In this document: positions 28,244 to 35,700 of the stretch, piece after piece
Position numbering within the stretch: position 1 is the stretch's first letter
Layout: each line of letters opens with the position of its first letter
IMG/VR virus record: IMGVR_UViG_3300030061_000751
Coordinates: 1 to 57,402 of that record
DNA from: a virus
Taxonomy: Duplodnaviria; Caudoviricetes
Length of the DNA stretch: 57,402 bases
Direction: 5' to 3' (one strand)
Position numbers and translations under genes: made by a program
Notes under the pieces: generated by a model
The model's database searches: none
The model's input: only the letters and a program-made list of their open reading frames with translations
Told to the model about the DNA's origin: nothing

Positions 28244-28320
28244 CTAGTAACTTACTAGACCTAGTAACTTACCAAGGTTTAAAACTTAGGAAGATTCTAG
28301 TCTAGGAAATTACTAGGGGA
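28244..28320. repeat. Array 1 of CTAG-N7-CTAG boxes (4 units)
   Basis: Units at 28244, 28261, 28286 and 28302; upstream of the primase-helicase. Confidence 0.85.
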
Positions 28321-28355
28321 ATTAAATAGCAGAAAAAAAGGAGGTAGTCAACAAC

Positions 28356-30098
28356 ATGAACAGCTTGGAAGAGTTTGTTCTAGGTCACAATCAAGACGCT
28401 AGGACACGTTGCCCCGATTGCTCGGACGCAAGAAAGAAGAAAAACATCAAGACTTTTTCCATCACCATAAAGCCAGAACACGCACTGTATCACTGTCACC
28501 ACTGTGGATTATCAGGCTCATTCCGGCGCAAAAAATTTTACGAGGCTCACATGAACGAACCGAAAAAGGTGGTCAAGCTACCCACCCAGCTCAACAACAA
28601 CGTAGACCAGATCAAAGAATTTTTCGCAGGCAGGGGCGTCACTCTCGACAGTCTCGACTCACTCCCCGCCATGACGACCGGCACAAAGATGTTCAGAGGC
28701 GAGGAGAAGGCCGCTGTGGGCTTCGTGTATGGCCCCAGAGAGAATCCTACCGCAATCAAGTGGCGGAGTATCGACGGTAAGGGATTTACTTGTGACGGCG
28801 CTCCCAGAGCCTTCTACGGCATTGAGCAGATAGACGATGGCGAAGAAGAGCTGACCATCGTCGAGGGCGAGTGCGATGTGATTGCGCTGGCGTCCGTGGG
28901 GATCAAGGCAGTGTCATGTCCGAACGGCGCACCAATCAAAGTGTCATCGCACCGTATCGACCCAGAAGAGGACAAGAAGTTCAACTTCATCTGGAACGAG
29001 CGTGAGCGGCTGGAGCACTGCAAGAAGATTGTGCTGGCGACAGATGCCGATGAGGCAGGCGAGGCACTGGCAGAAGAGATTGCCCGTCGAGTGGGTAGGG
29101 CCAAGTGCTGGCGGGTCAAGTTCCCTGACTCGGTGAAGGATGGCAATGACGCCGTCGAGAAGCTGGGCGCGGAAGAAACCAAGTGGCTGTTCGACAACCC
29201 CGAACCTGTACCGCTGTCCGGCGTGTATTGCGCGTCAGACTACCTTGATGACGTTAAAAACATCTACGCCAATGGGCATGGGAGGGGCGCGTCTACAGGG
29301 TTCGACAGTATTGACGAGCTGTTCACGATTGCAGAGGGTCAGTTGTCCATAGTAACTGGTATGCCCAGTAGCGGTAAGTCAGAGTTCATAGACCAGATCA
29401 TGATCAACCTAGCCCAGCGTGATGGCTGGAAGTTCGCGGTCTGTTCTTTTGAGAACCCCCCTGCCATGCACATTGCAAAGATGGCAGAGAAGATTACAGG
29501 CAAGCCATTCTACAGCGGTATCAAAGAGAGGATGAGTGAAGATGAGTTGAGTGAGGCGATGTCATTTATCGAAGATCACTTCATGTTCCTTGAGTCAAAG
29601 GACGGCAACCTCAGCACGATTGATTCAATCATCGACAGGACAAAGCAGGCGATCATGCGCGGCGCTAACGGTCTGCTGATTGACCCCTACAACTATATCG
29701 AAAGCACTGGCGGCGAGGAGCACAGCAGTATCAGCCAGATGTTGACCCGCATCACGAGCTTCGCCAAGGCTCACTCCATCCATGTCTGGTTTGTGGCACA
29801 CCCCCAGAAGATGTATCCCAAGGAGGACGGCTCCTATTCTGTTCCCAAGGGAATGAACATCTCAGGCTCGGCGGCTTGGTTTGCCAAGGCTGACCTCGGC
29901 ATCACCGTTCATAGAGGCGAGGATGGCGTCGAGGTTCATTGCTGGAAGTCACGCTTCAAGTGGGTGGGACAGCAGGGCATGGCTTTGCTCGACTATGACA
30001 TATCGACAGGCCAGTACAGCCAGAAAGAAATCGAAGCGCCAAAGACAAACCTGAGCAAGCTGAAGGGAAGGGGTTGGGATGATTTTGATGAGTTCTAA
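28356..30098 (+). CDS. Primase-helicase (T7 gp4/Twinkle-like)
   Basis: Zn finger CPDC...CHHC, TOPRIM VEGECD and D.D, Walker A GMPSSGKS, LIDPYN, VAHP; RBS AAGGAGG. Confidence 0.92.
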   Translation: MNSLEEFVLGHNQDARTRCPDCSDARKKKNIKTFSITIKPEHALYHCHHCGLSGSFRRKKFYEAHMNEPKKVVKLPTQLNNNVDQIKEFFAGRGVTLDSLDSLPAMTTGTKMFRGEEKAAVGFVYGPRENPTAIKWRSIDGKGFTCDGAPRAFYGIEQIDDGEEELTIVEGECDVIALASVGIKAVSCPNGAPIKVSSHRIDPEEDKKFNFIWNERERLEHCKKIVLATDADEAGEALAEEIARRVGRAKCWRVKFPDSVKDGNDAVEKLGAEETKWLFDNPEPVPLSGVYCASDYLDDVKNIYANGHGRGASTGFDSIDELFTIAEGQLSIVTGMPSSGKSEFIDQIMINLAQRDGWKFAVCSFENPPAMHIAKMAEKITGKPFYSGIKERMSEDELSEAMSFIEDHFMFLESKDGNLSTIDSIIDRTKQAIMRGANGLLIDPYNYIESTGGEEHSSISQMLTRITSFAKAHSIHVWFVAHPQKMYPKEDGSYSVPKGMNISGSAAWFAKADLGITVHRGEDGVEVHCWKSRFKWVGQQGMALLDYDISTGQYSQKEIEAPKTNLSKLKGRGWDDFDEF

Positions 30099-30564
30099 GA
30101 AGTACAGCGACCTCGGCTCCCCAGAGGTGCATCAGCGCCACGCCGTCATGATCGAAGGCGGCACTGTACCTCGGGCAAGGGTCATGGATCAGACTCTGAT
30201 CGACAGGTATCTGATCGACGGGTTGCTGACTTTGCAGGAGCATCAGGCCGGAGAGTATCTGCTGAGTCAGGCGGCAAAGGCAGGCATCTTCACCAAGCCG
30301 CTCAGGTATGAGGCTGGAGCTGGCGAGGCTAACGCTGACTCAATGGCGTCAGAGTCATTGATGCGGTACGGCAGGACGCTGGCCCTTGTCAGGAAACGAT
30401 ATGGTCAGGAGCATCAGCGGCTTGTCGAGGATGTAGTGATAGACGGGTTGGATGTGTGTCGGGACAAGCGATTACTGGTGATGCTGAAGGAGGCGCTCGG
30501 CTTGATCTCAGACCGGCGTATGGCGGGAGGCAGGAACCCCATGAGGCACTTGAGAAAAGACTGA
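30079..30564 (+). CDS. Hypothetical protein (possible late transcription regulator)
   Basis: Helical protein following the helicase; function inferred from position only. Confidence 0.6.
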   Translation: MILMSSKKYSDLGSPEVHQRHAVMIEGGTVPRARVMDQTLIDRYLIDGLLTLQEHQAGEYLLSQAAKAGIFTKPLRYEAGAGEANADSMASESLMRYGRTLALVRKRYGQEHQRLVEDVVIDGLDVCRDKRLLVMLKEALGLISDRRMAGGRNPMRHLRKD

Positions 30565-30565
30565 T

Positions 30566-30826
30566 ATGGGCGGGATGGACAACAAGACCAGTGTAGGTTT
30601 TGCCAAGGACAAGCGGCTAGGCGCTCACCGTGCTAGATCATTCTACAAGGGGTGCTATGACGAGTTTCTCAGTGACCCGTCAGCTCAGTATCTCATGACG
30701 TTCTCGGAGTACAAACGGAAGTGGGCTAAGGCTAAGAGGGAGGCGCAGAAATGCAGTGCAGTTGTGGAGGTCAAACGGAAGAAAGGGAACAAGTCAGGAA
30801 GAAAGAAGTCGTCACGAAGTATGTGA
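30566..30826 (+). CDS. Hypothetical basic protein
   Basis: Last ORF of the + strand replication operon. Confidence 0.55.
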   Translation: MGGMDNKTSVGFAKDKRLGAHRARSFYKGCYDEFLSDPSAQYLMTFSEYKRKWAKAKREAQKCSAVVEVKRKKGNKSGRKKSSRSM

Positions 30827-30966
30827 GATGTGAGGCTTGCGGGAGGGTTCATGTCTACTGGCGGAAGGATGCGGTGGATGACAATCGCGCTTTCATGAAT
30901 CATGAAGGGGGAACGCGAAAAGTCTGACGATGCCACCGCACACCGTTAGGAGTCATCCCCCCCGAA

Positions 30967-31239
30967 TTAGTCTACTAGACCAGCCTTCTTCGCGCAGTAT
31001 TCAACTAGCAAGTATCGAGAATTTGAGCGTGGATCATCCTTTGGGACATCCGTATAGCCATTCACTCGCTTAGCCATAGCAAGGCCGGTAGCATCGTCGT
31101 GCCAATAGTCAGTAAACACAAAGCCGTTACTTGCCTTGAAATAATCCGAAGGCTTGCTGTAGATAAGCTCTAAATCAGCTATAGCCTTCTCAAAAGCGTC
31201 TTTGCTTACCTCGACGCTAAACTCATCTTTCTTTGCCAT
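30967..31239 (-). CDS. Hypothetical protein
   Basis: RBS AAGGA; last ORF of the early region. Confidence 0.65.
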   Translation of the reverse strand: MAKKDEFSVEVSKDAFEKAIADLELIYSKPSDYFKASNGFVFTDYWHDDATGLAMAKRVNGYTDVPKDDPRSNSRYLLVEYCAKKAGLVD

Positions 31240-31242
31240 GTT

Positions 31243-31437
31243 TCATTCCTTTTTTTTGAGCGCCGCAGGACAGCGCACTATTTCTAGCACGATGCCCTTG
31301 GCAGTTCGTAGTGGTTGGACGCTGAGGTCAGACATGATCGCCATGTCCTCACCCAGCATCTCAGCCGTTTGCATAGCCGCTTCCACGGCTATCTGTGCGT
31401 CATCGCTATACAGGACAGGTAACTCCCTTGCATCCAA
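31243..31437 (-). CDS. Hypothetical protein
   Basis: Packed ORF. Confidence 0.55.
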   Translation of the reverse strand: MDARELPVLYSDDAQIAVEAAMQTAEMLGEDMAIMSDLSVQPLRTAKGIVLEIVRCPAALKKKE

Positions 31438-31594
31438 TGACCTTTATCGCCTCCTTCCTGCCATCATCAACCTGCGAGCTGGTTAAATGTTTAGCAAGAT
31501 TTTCGGCAAGCTCTACGGCTTTTTCGCATTGTTCGTCTGTCGGCGCGTCAATCGCCAGTACAAGCGCCATGACAAAGGCGTCATACGAGTTCAT
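31406..31594 (-). CDS. Hypothetical protein
   Basis: ATGA-coupled ORF. Confidence 0.6.
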   Translation of the reverse strand: MNSYDAFVMALVLAIDAPTDEQCEKAVELAENLAKHLTSSQVDDGRKEAIKVIGCKGVTCPV

Positions 31595-31944
31595 GACAAC
31601 AGCGCCAGCAGAACGATCAGGAAGGTGCTGAACGAGCAGACCGCACTGGTCAACCCGCCCACCATCGCCAGCCAGATGCGGTTGTCATCCGCAATAGACT
31701 TGATCTCTGGCTCGGATACTTCGACAACAGGGTCAGGGCGTCTGATCTTTACCCTCTTCCTGTCGCCAGCAGTGGCTCGGTAGGCGTCCAGAATCTCCTG
31801 CTTCTGGTAAATCCTGTTGTATACCGCTGACTTGGTGCGTCTCGGAATTTTCTCAGCCATCTCTGCTGGCGTGAGTCCCTCGGAGATAAGGCGTACCAGT
31901 AAGGCATCCTCCTTATCATTCCAGTGCTTCCATCCATTTTTCAT
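31591..31944 (-). CDS. SANT/Myb-like HTH protein with C-terminal TM segment
   Basis: W...ED..L......G.T..E.A.....RT..AV.NR followed by a hydrophobic tail; RBS AAGGAG. Confidence 0.7.
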   Translation of the reverse strand: MKNGWKHWNDKEDALLVRLISEGLTPAEMAEKIPRRTKSAVYNRIYQKQEILDAYRATAGDRKRVKIRRPDPVVEVSEPEIKSIADDNRIWLAMVGGLTSAVCSFSTFLIVLLALLS

Positions 31945-31948
31945 GATA

Positions 31949-32119
31949 CTACTCCTTGCAGTTCACATTAGTGTTGAAGTGAGGCCAGACACCTGACCCC
32001 ACCATTTCGCAGTAGTGGCGAGCATCAGCAATCTCCTGCTGATAGTCATCCTCCCCCACGATTCCTAGTGCCAGTACAATCAGCACGATAAAAACAAAAC
32101 CCTTGCGGCTGTCAGTCAT
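31949..32119 (-). CDS. Small membrane-anchored protein (56 aa; not in ORF track)
   Basis: MTDSRKGFVFIVLIVLALGIVGEDDYQQEIADARHYCEMVGSGVWPHFNTNVNCKE; ATGA-coupled. Confidence 0.65.
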   Translation of the reverse strand: MTDSRKGFVFIVLIVLALGIVGEDDYQQEIADARHYCEMVGSGVWPHFNTNVNCKE

Positions 32120-32673
32120 AATCTACTCTCCACTGGCACACCTTGATCATGCCAATGTGGGGGCCAACGCCGCCGACATATCTCTCGGTATGCGGGAATG
32201 TTCAGCTCGGCCTTTCGCCTGTACAGCATTGACATGATCAGACTTGGCTCCTCCTTGGATTTTTTTAGCCATTTACCCACAAGCCGCTCATGAAGTTTAA
32301 GATTGGAAATCAGTTTGGATAGAGATTGGCTGGGGGCATTAACAAAACCATCATCCCGTCCATCCCAGTCCCCCGTGACTGGTTTTGTAACCGCTCCCGC
32401 CTTGTTGAAGACTGGATACTCTGTGCGGATTGCTGTGCTTTCCGCGTCGAGAGCTGTGTTCCTGTCGGGATACCACTCCACGGTTATGTCACGGGCAGAA
32501 GCAAACCAGTCAGAAGAAGAGCTGTGATTGCTCAGTCGAGAGAACACGCTGAGTGATATGCCGACATAAAGCAGTTCGCCCTTCTCTGAGTAGGCCCGAT
32601 AAAGCGCAGTTCTCTCTGAGCTGATGTTGCGCCTTGGCTTTGATTGCTTTGGGCTTATCGCTACGTCAGTCAT
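32116..32673 (-). CDS. GIY-YIG nuclease family protein
   Basis: ALYRAY...LLYVGIS, RL..H, A..AE..AI....P.FN. Start moved to ATG 32673. Confidence 0.8.
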   Translation of the reverse strand: MTDVAISPKQSKPRRNISSERTALYRAYSEKGELLYVGISLSVFSRLSNHSSSSDWFASARDITVEWYPDRNTALDAESTAIRTEYPVFNKAGAVTKPVTGDWDGRDDGFVNAPSQSLSKLISNLKLHERLVGKWLKKSKEEPSLIMSMLYRRKAELNIPAYREICRRRWPPHWHDQGVPVESRL

Positions 32674-32944
32674 ATATCCAGCCCTCGTTGTGATCGTTGA
32701 TGTAGCAACCGCCAGTAACGACCAGCCCGTCTCGTAGGATGTCGGCCTCGCCTTCTGACATGACAACGTCAGCGTCAAACCCCAGCTTGTTGGCGGCTCT
32801 CCGCATGGCGCTCTCTGATCTGAGCACAGTGTCGATTGCGTTACCCACCTGCCAGATGGTGAAGGTAGGCTCCGGCATATCATCAGCCTCGGAGCAGTTG
32901 GGGTGGCAGTCGAACCTGCCGCATTCAGTGCATAATCTTTTCAT
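32666..32944 (-). CDS. Hypothetical protein with N-terminal Cys cluster
   Basis: RBS AGGAGG; CTECGRFDCHPNC. Confidence 0.65.
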   Translation of the reverse strand: MKRLCTECGRFDCHPNCSEADDMPEPTFTIWQVGNAIDTVLRSESAMRRAANKLGFDADVVMSEGEADILRDGLVVTGGCYINDHNEGWIYD

Positions 32945-32963
32945 GATCTCCTCCTAAAGAGAT

Positions 32964-33037
32964 TGGAAGGGCGAGCGGGGATCGAACCCGCCTATCTGGA
33001 TTTGCAGTCCAGTGCATAACCACTCTGCCACCGCCCT
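32964..33037 (-). tRNA. tRNA-Cys (GCA)
   Basis: 74-nt cloverleaf: acceptor AGGGCGG/UCGCCCU, anticodon arm CUGGA-CUGCAAA-UCCAG, T arm GCGGG-UUCGAUC-CCCGC, discriminator U, encoded CCA. Confidence 0.95.
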
Positions 33038-33039
33038 GT

Positions 33040-33058
33040 AAAAAGCCGCTCACGCGGC
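33040..33058 (-). terminator. Terminator-like hairpin immediately 5' of the tRNA
   Basis: GCCGC-GUGA-GCGGC-UUUUU; the loop contains the upstream stop codon. Confidence 0.55.
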
Positions 33059-33265
33059 CTGCTCTTCTGCCTTTGTGATCTCGGCTTTCGCTTCCGCAAC
33101 CGTATTGAAGTAACGCCAGCCATTAATCAAGCGAGAATTCACGCCCCACATCTTGCCGAATCGGGGGTGACCTATTCGGCGGATAGTGGCAACTGGGTAG
33201 CCACTATCGTTGCGAGCGGTTGTTGTTCTAAATGGGCCGCCAAGGTAGGTAAATTTGATTGCCAT
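33050..33265 (-). CDS. Hypothetical protein (71 aa)
   Basis: RBS AAGGAG before ATG 33265. Confidence 0.65.
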   Translation of the reverse strand: MAIKFTYLGGPFRTTTARNDSGYPVATIRRIGHPRFGKMWGVNSRLINGWRYFNTVAEAKAEITKAEEQAA

Positions 33266-33309
33266 TCTCTGCTCCTTGAATGGCCCCATGAGGGGCCGGT
33301 TAGTAATTA

Positions 33310-33545
33310 AAAAATGATTGCACATACCCTACTCACAACGATTACCTAGGCTCGTTGTTTTCGCCACCCTCGCCTAGCCTTAGCCTATTTGAATGAGCAT
33401 ATTCGTGGTCTATATCGCACTAAACTCAAACTGTTACAGTCGCAGATGGTGTTAGCCACCTTTGCAACACGGTTACAAGCCATCGCACTACTACTCCTCT
33501 GTACAATCGGTGCGTTCCGCTACAGACAGCAGAAACCTAAAACTG
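33310..33545 (-). ncRNA. Candidate structured non-coding RNA
   Basis: Intergenic gap with several stems whose G-U pairs work only on the - strand, plus two loop pseudoknots (see findings). Confidence 0.55.
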
Positions 33546-33559
33546 TTGAAGTGTTGATG

Positions 33560-33883
33560 TTACCCGCCACAAAAGTCCAGGTCAAATGAGAAGTACGGTT
33601 CTGCAAGACCCCAAGGCCCATTGATGAATCGAACTATTGACCACTCGTATGGGCCTGACTCCCAGCTCACCTTCCAGACGCCGCTGTCCTCCTCACGGAT
33701 AAAGACCTCGTCGCCGGGGTCTAGTTCAAACAGCTCGCAGTCCTTGCAGAGCGCCTTGTAGGCGGCGTGTGCCGCCGCCTTGGGGGTCTTGTACTGGGTG
33801 AAGTCCACCTTGTCCAAGTTGGGCAGGGTGCTCATTGCCTCGTTGTATAAGCTCGCCAGTGCGGCCTCAAAGTCATTGCTCAT
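33560..33883 (-). CDS. Hypothetical protein (107 aa)
   Basis: RBS GGAGG before ATG 33883. Confidence 0.65.
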   Translation of the reverse strand: MSNDFEAALASLYNEAMSTLPNLDKVDFTQYKTPKAAAHAAYKALCKDCELFELDPGDEVFIREEDSGVWKVSWESGPYEWSIVRFINGPWGLAEPYFSFDLDFCGG

Positions 33884-33951
33884 AGCTCTGCCTCCCGTAG
33901 CGGAATGCTTCCGCACCTGTTGCGTAGGCGTCGATGTAGTCCAGAGTTGAA

Positions 33952-34137
33952 TCACTCATGATGCGTCACTCCTTTAAGATTATTTTCGCAGTCTGCTTCG
34001 CTGAAGGAGGCAGTGCCCTCGATGTAGATAAACTCTTCTTCGCCGCGCTCGTTCTTTTCGACACGGTACGCCCTCCAGATGCAAAACTTTTGATCGGCGT
34101 CTAAATTCTCAATTTCGCTCTTAATTTCAATCTTCAC
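33952..34137 (-). CDS. Hypothetical protein
   Basis: RBS GGAGG before GTG 34137. Confidence 0.6.
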   Translation of the reverse strand: MKIEIKSEIENLDADQKFCIWRAYRVEKNERGEEEFIYIEGTASFSEADCENNLKGVTHHE

Positions 34138-34396
34138 GACACCTCCCCTTCTCCTCAAGACGGGTTTGAATTTGGTTGATCAGCTCGGTTCGGGTTCTGC
34201 CCTTGAGGTGTCTCCATCCGGGGGTGCCCTCACACTTCCAGACCTCTCGGCTCCCGTACTGGCCCCAACCGTATCTATCGTGGTAGTGGTAGCGTTCTCT
34301 TACCTTCGTGAGCTGGATGTCCTCACGACCCACTACCGCATACACGGCGTAGGTGCCAGCCTCCCAGTCCTCCGCTTGAATCTTCTTGAGTTTCAT
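34127..34396 (-). CDS. Hypothetical protein
   Basis: Preceded by the GACTGAGGAGTCA SD motif. Confidence 0.7.
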   Translation of the reverse strand: MKLKKIQAEDWEAGTYAVYAVVGREDIQLTKVRERYHYHDRYGWGQYGSREVWKCEGTPGWRHLKGRTRTELINQIQTRLEEKGRCRED

Positions 34397-34431
34397 AATT
34401 GACTCCTCAGTCGTTTAGGTTTCGGCCAGTA

Positions 34432-34581
34432 TCAGGCCTCTTCGATAAAAAGAATGGGTGATGTACCCTGCAAAGTTTCAGTATCGTCAGTCGGCTCAAG
34501 AATCTCCCTGACCTCTTCCTCTGAAGCCGCATGGATATACACATAGCTATGGTTTTCAAACTCAACAAAAAATCTTTTCAT
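34432..34581 (-). CDS. Hypothetical protein (49 aa; not in ORF track)
   Basis: MKRFFVEFENHSYVYIHAASEEEVREILEPTDDTETLQGTSPILFIEEA; RBS GAGGA. Confidence 0.6.
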   Translation of the reverse strand: MKRFFVEFENHSYVYIHAASEEEVREILEPTDDTETLQGTSPILFIEEA

Positions 34582-34635
34582 GATCGAATCCTCAATCGTT
34601 CTGTCAAACCTAGGGGGCGCATGGCCCCCAGTTGA

Positions 34636-34836
34636 TTAACCGCGTTTGGATTTAAAGGGCGTCATATACTTGCGTTCTGACACCTTGACTCGCTTGCGTG
34701 AGCCGTCAGTCCAGCGGATGTGCATCCACTTAGGCCCAACTTTCTCAATACAGGCGACCCGTATCCCTCGATCAGTGTGATACCAAACCGGCTCCCATCC
34801 TCGGTTGAGGGCTTTGCGGTAGGTCAGGCTCTGCAT
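34636..34836 (-). CDS. Hypothetical protein (SH3-like pattern)
   Basis: Packed ORF followed by hairpin GGGGGC-N5-GCCCCC. Confidence 0.6.
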   Translation of the reverse strand: MQSLTYRKALNRGWEPVWYHTDRGIRVACIEKVGPKWMHIRWTDGSRKRVKVSERKYMTPFKSKRG

Positions 34837-35027
34837 ATCGAAACACTCACATAGCGATTCTCTGACCCTTCCTTCTGAATCACATAGTGGATGTGATCAG
34901 TCTCGACATCGCGCATGATTTGATAGATGACATCATCAATATCATCATCAGTCACGGTGTCCTTCAGAGTAACGTGATCGGTGTACTCCTCTGGGTGCTC
35001 TGCGGTGCTATACCAAAGCGTAGTCAT
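34824..35027 (-). CDS. Hypothetical protein (67 aa)
   Basis: ATG 35027 preceded by TGACTAAGGAGTCA. Confidence 0.65.
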   Translation of the reverse strand: MTTLWYSTAEHPEEYTDHVTLKDTVTDDDIDDVIYQIMRDVETDHIHYVIQKEGSENRYVSVSICRA

Positions 35028-35051
35028 GGTTGACTCCTTAGTCATTCGGGC

Positions 35052-35112
35052 GGATTCCCGATAGCCGCCGGAGCGGCTTTCACGCTGTATCCCTCAGCGA
35101 TCATCAGTCGGG
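35052..35112 (-). ncRNA. Type I hammerhead ribozyme (HHR-1) with loop II pseudoknot
   Basis: CCCGA CUGAUGA U CGCUG-AGGGAUA-CAGCG U GAA AGCCGC-UCCG-GCGGCU A^ UCGGG AAUCC; predicted cut between 35062 and 35061. Confidence 0.85.
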
Positions 35113-35475
35113 GCTGTCTGCGCCTCTTATGGGGTGTTTCCAGCCCAAGTGAGGTGAGGGTAAGTCCAAGCAGACATTGAACGTGCTATTGCCGCCGTGG
35201 CGCGGCCCCCAGCTTCTTTTGAGTGCAACGCTTCTCATGTGGAGCGGTTCAAGTTGGTGAAGCCGCTCCTCGAATGAATCCATAAAGGCGTTGTATTTTT
35301 TCCACTCGGCGTCTGTGGTGAAGGCTCGCCCAGTGCGCGAGGTGTCTGCCAGAATGTCTTGTATTTCCTCTCTGGCGCGGAGCACACCCTTGCGCTCATC
35401 GGCGTTGTCACATTTGTGAAGGGCATCCGCGAGGATGCGGCCTAGTGTTGCGGCGTTGGCTTTGCTGATATTCAT
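35104..35475 (-). CDS. Hypothetical protein; stop codon lies in the HHR-1 core
   Basis: SD motif GGCTAAGGAGTCA; ends ...CCC GAC TGA TGA. Confidence 0.65.
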   Translation of the reverse strand: MNISKANAATLGRILADALHKCDNADERKGVLRAREEIQDILADTSRTGRAFTTDAEWKKYNAFMDSFEERLHQLEPLHMRSVALKRSWGPRHGGNSTFNVCLDLPSPHLGWKHPIRGADSPD

Positions 35476-35492
35476 GGCTGACTCCTTAGCCG

Positions 35493-35669
35493 TTAGGCGT
35501 TCTCTACCATGTTTTCTTGAACGGACTTTATTAAAGCCAGTGCGCTCTCTACATGGGCCAGTAGGTGTTGATTGTTGATGTTAATGCTTTGATTCAGCAG
35601 TAATTCATCTACAAAAATCAACAGGTCTGTTCTCGCTTCGTCTAGCTTTGCAACGTGAGCGTTTGTCAT
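35493..35669 (-). CDS. Hypothetical protein (58 aa; not in ORF track)
   Basis: MTNAHVAKLDEARTDLLIFVDELLL...; SD motif TGACTAGGAGTCA. Confidence 0.65.
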   Translation of the reverse strand: MTNAHVAKLDEARTDLLIFVDELLLNQSININNQHLLAHVESALALIKSVQENMVENA

Positions 35670-35700
35670 GATTGACTCCTAGTCAGTGGGTGAAGGCCGC

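Noticed and set aside
32674-32883. N-terminal extension of the GIY-YIG ORF
   Set aside because: Overlaps the 32666-32944 gene, which has a strong SD; ATG 32673 is more plausible.
33465-33490. GGUUACAAGCC resembling a twister ribozyme loop on the + strand
   Set aside because: Opposite to the transcribed strand and lacks the pseudoknot partner and P1/P2 stems.
34465-34495. CUGACGA...GAAAC hammerhead-like words on the - strand
   Set aside because: Inside the 49-aa ORF (codons T-D-D-T-E-T); no stem II and no convincing stem I.
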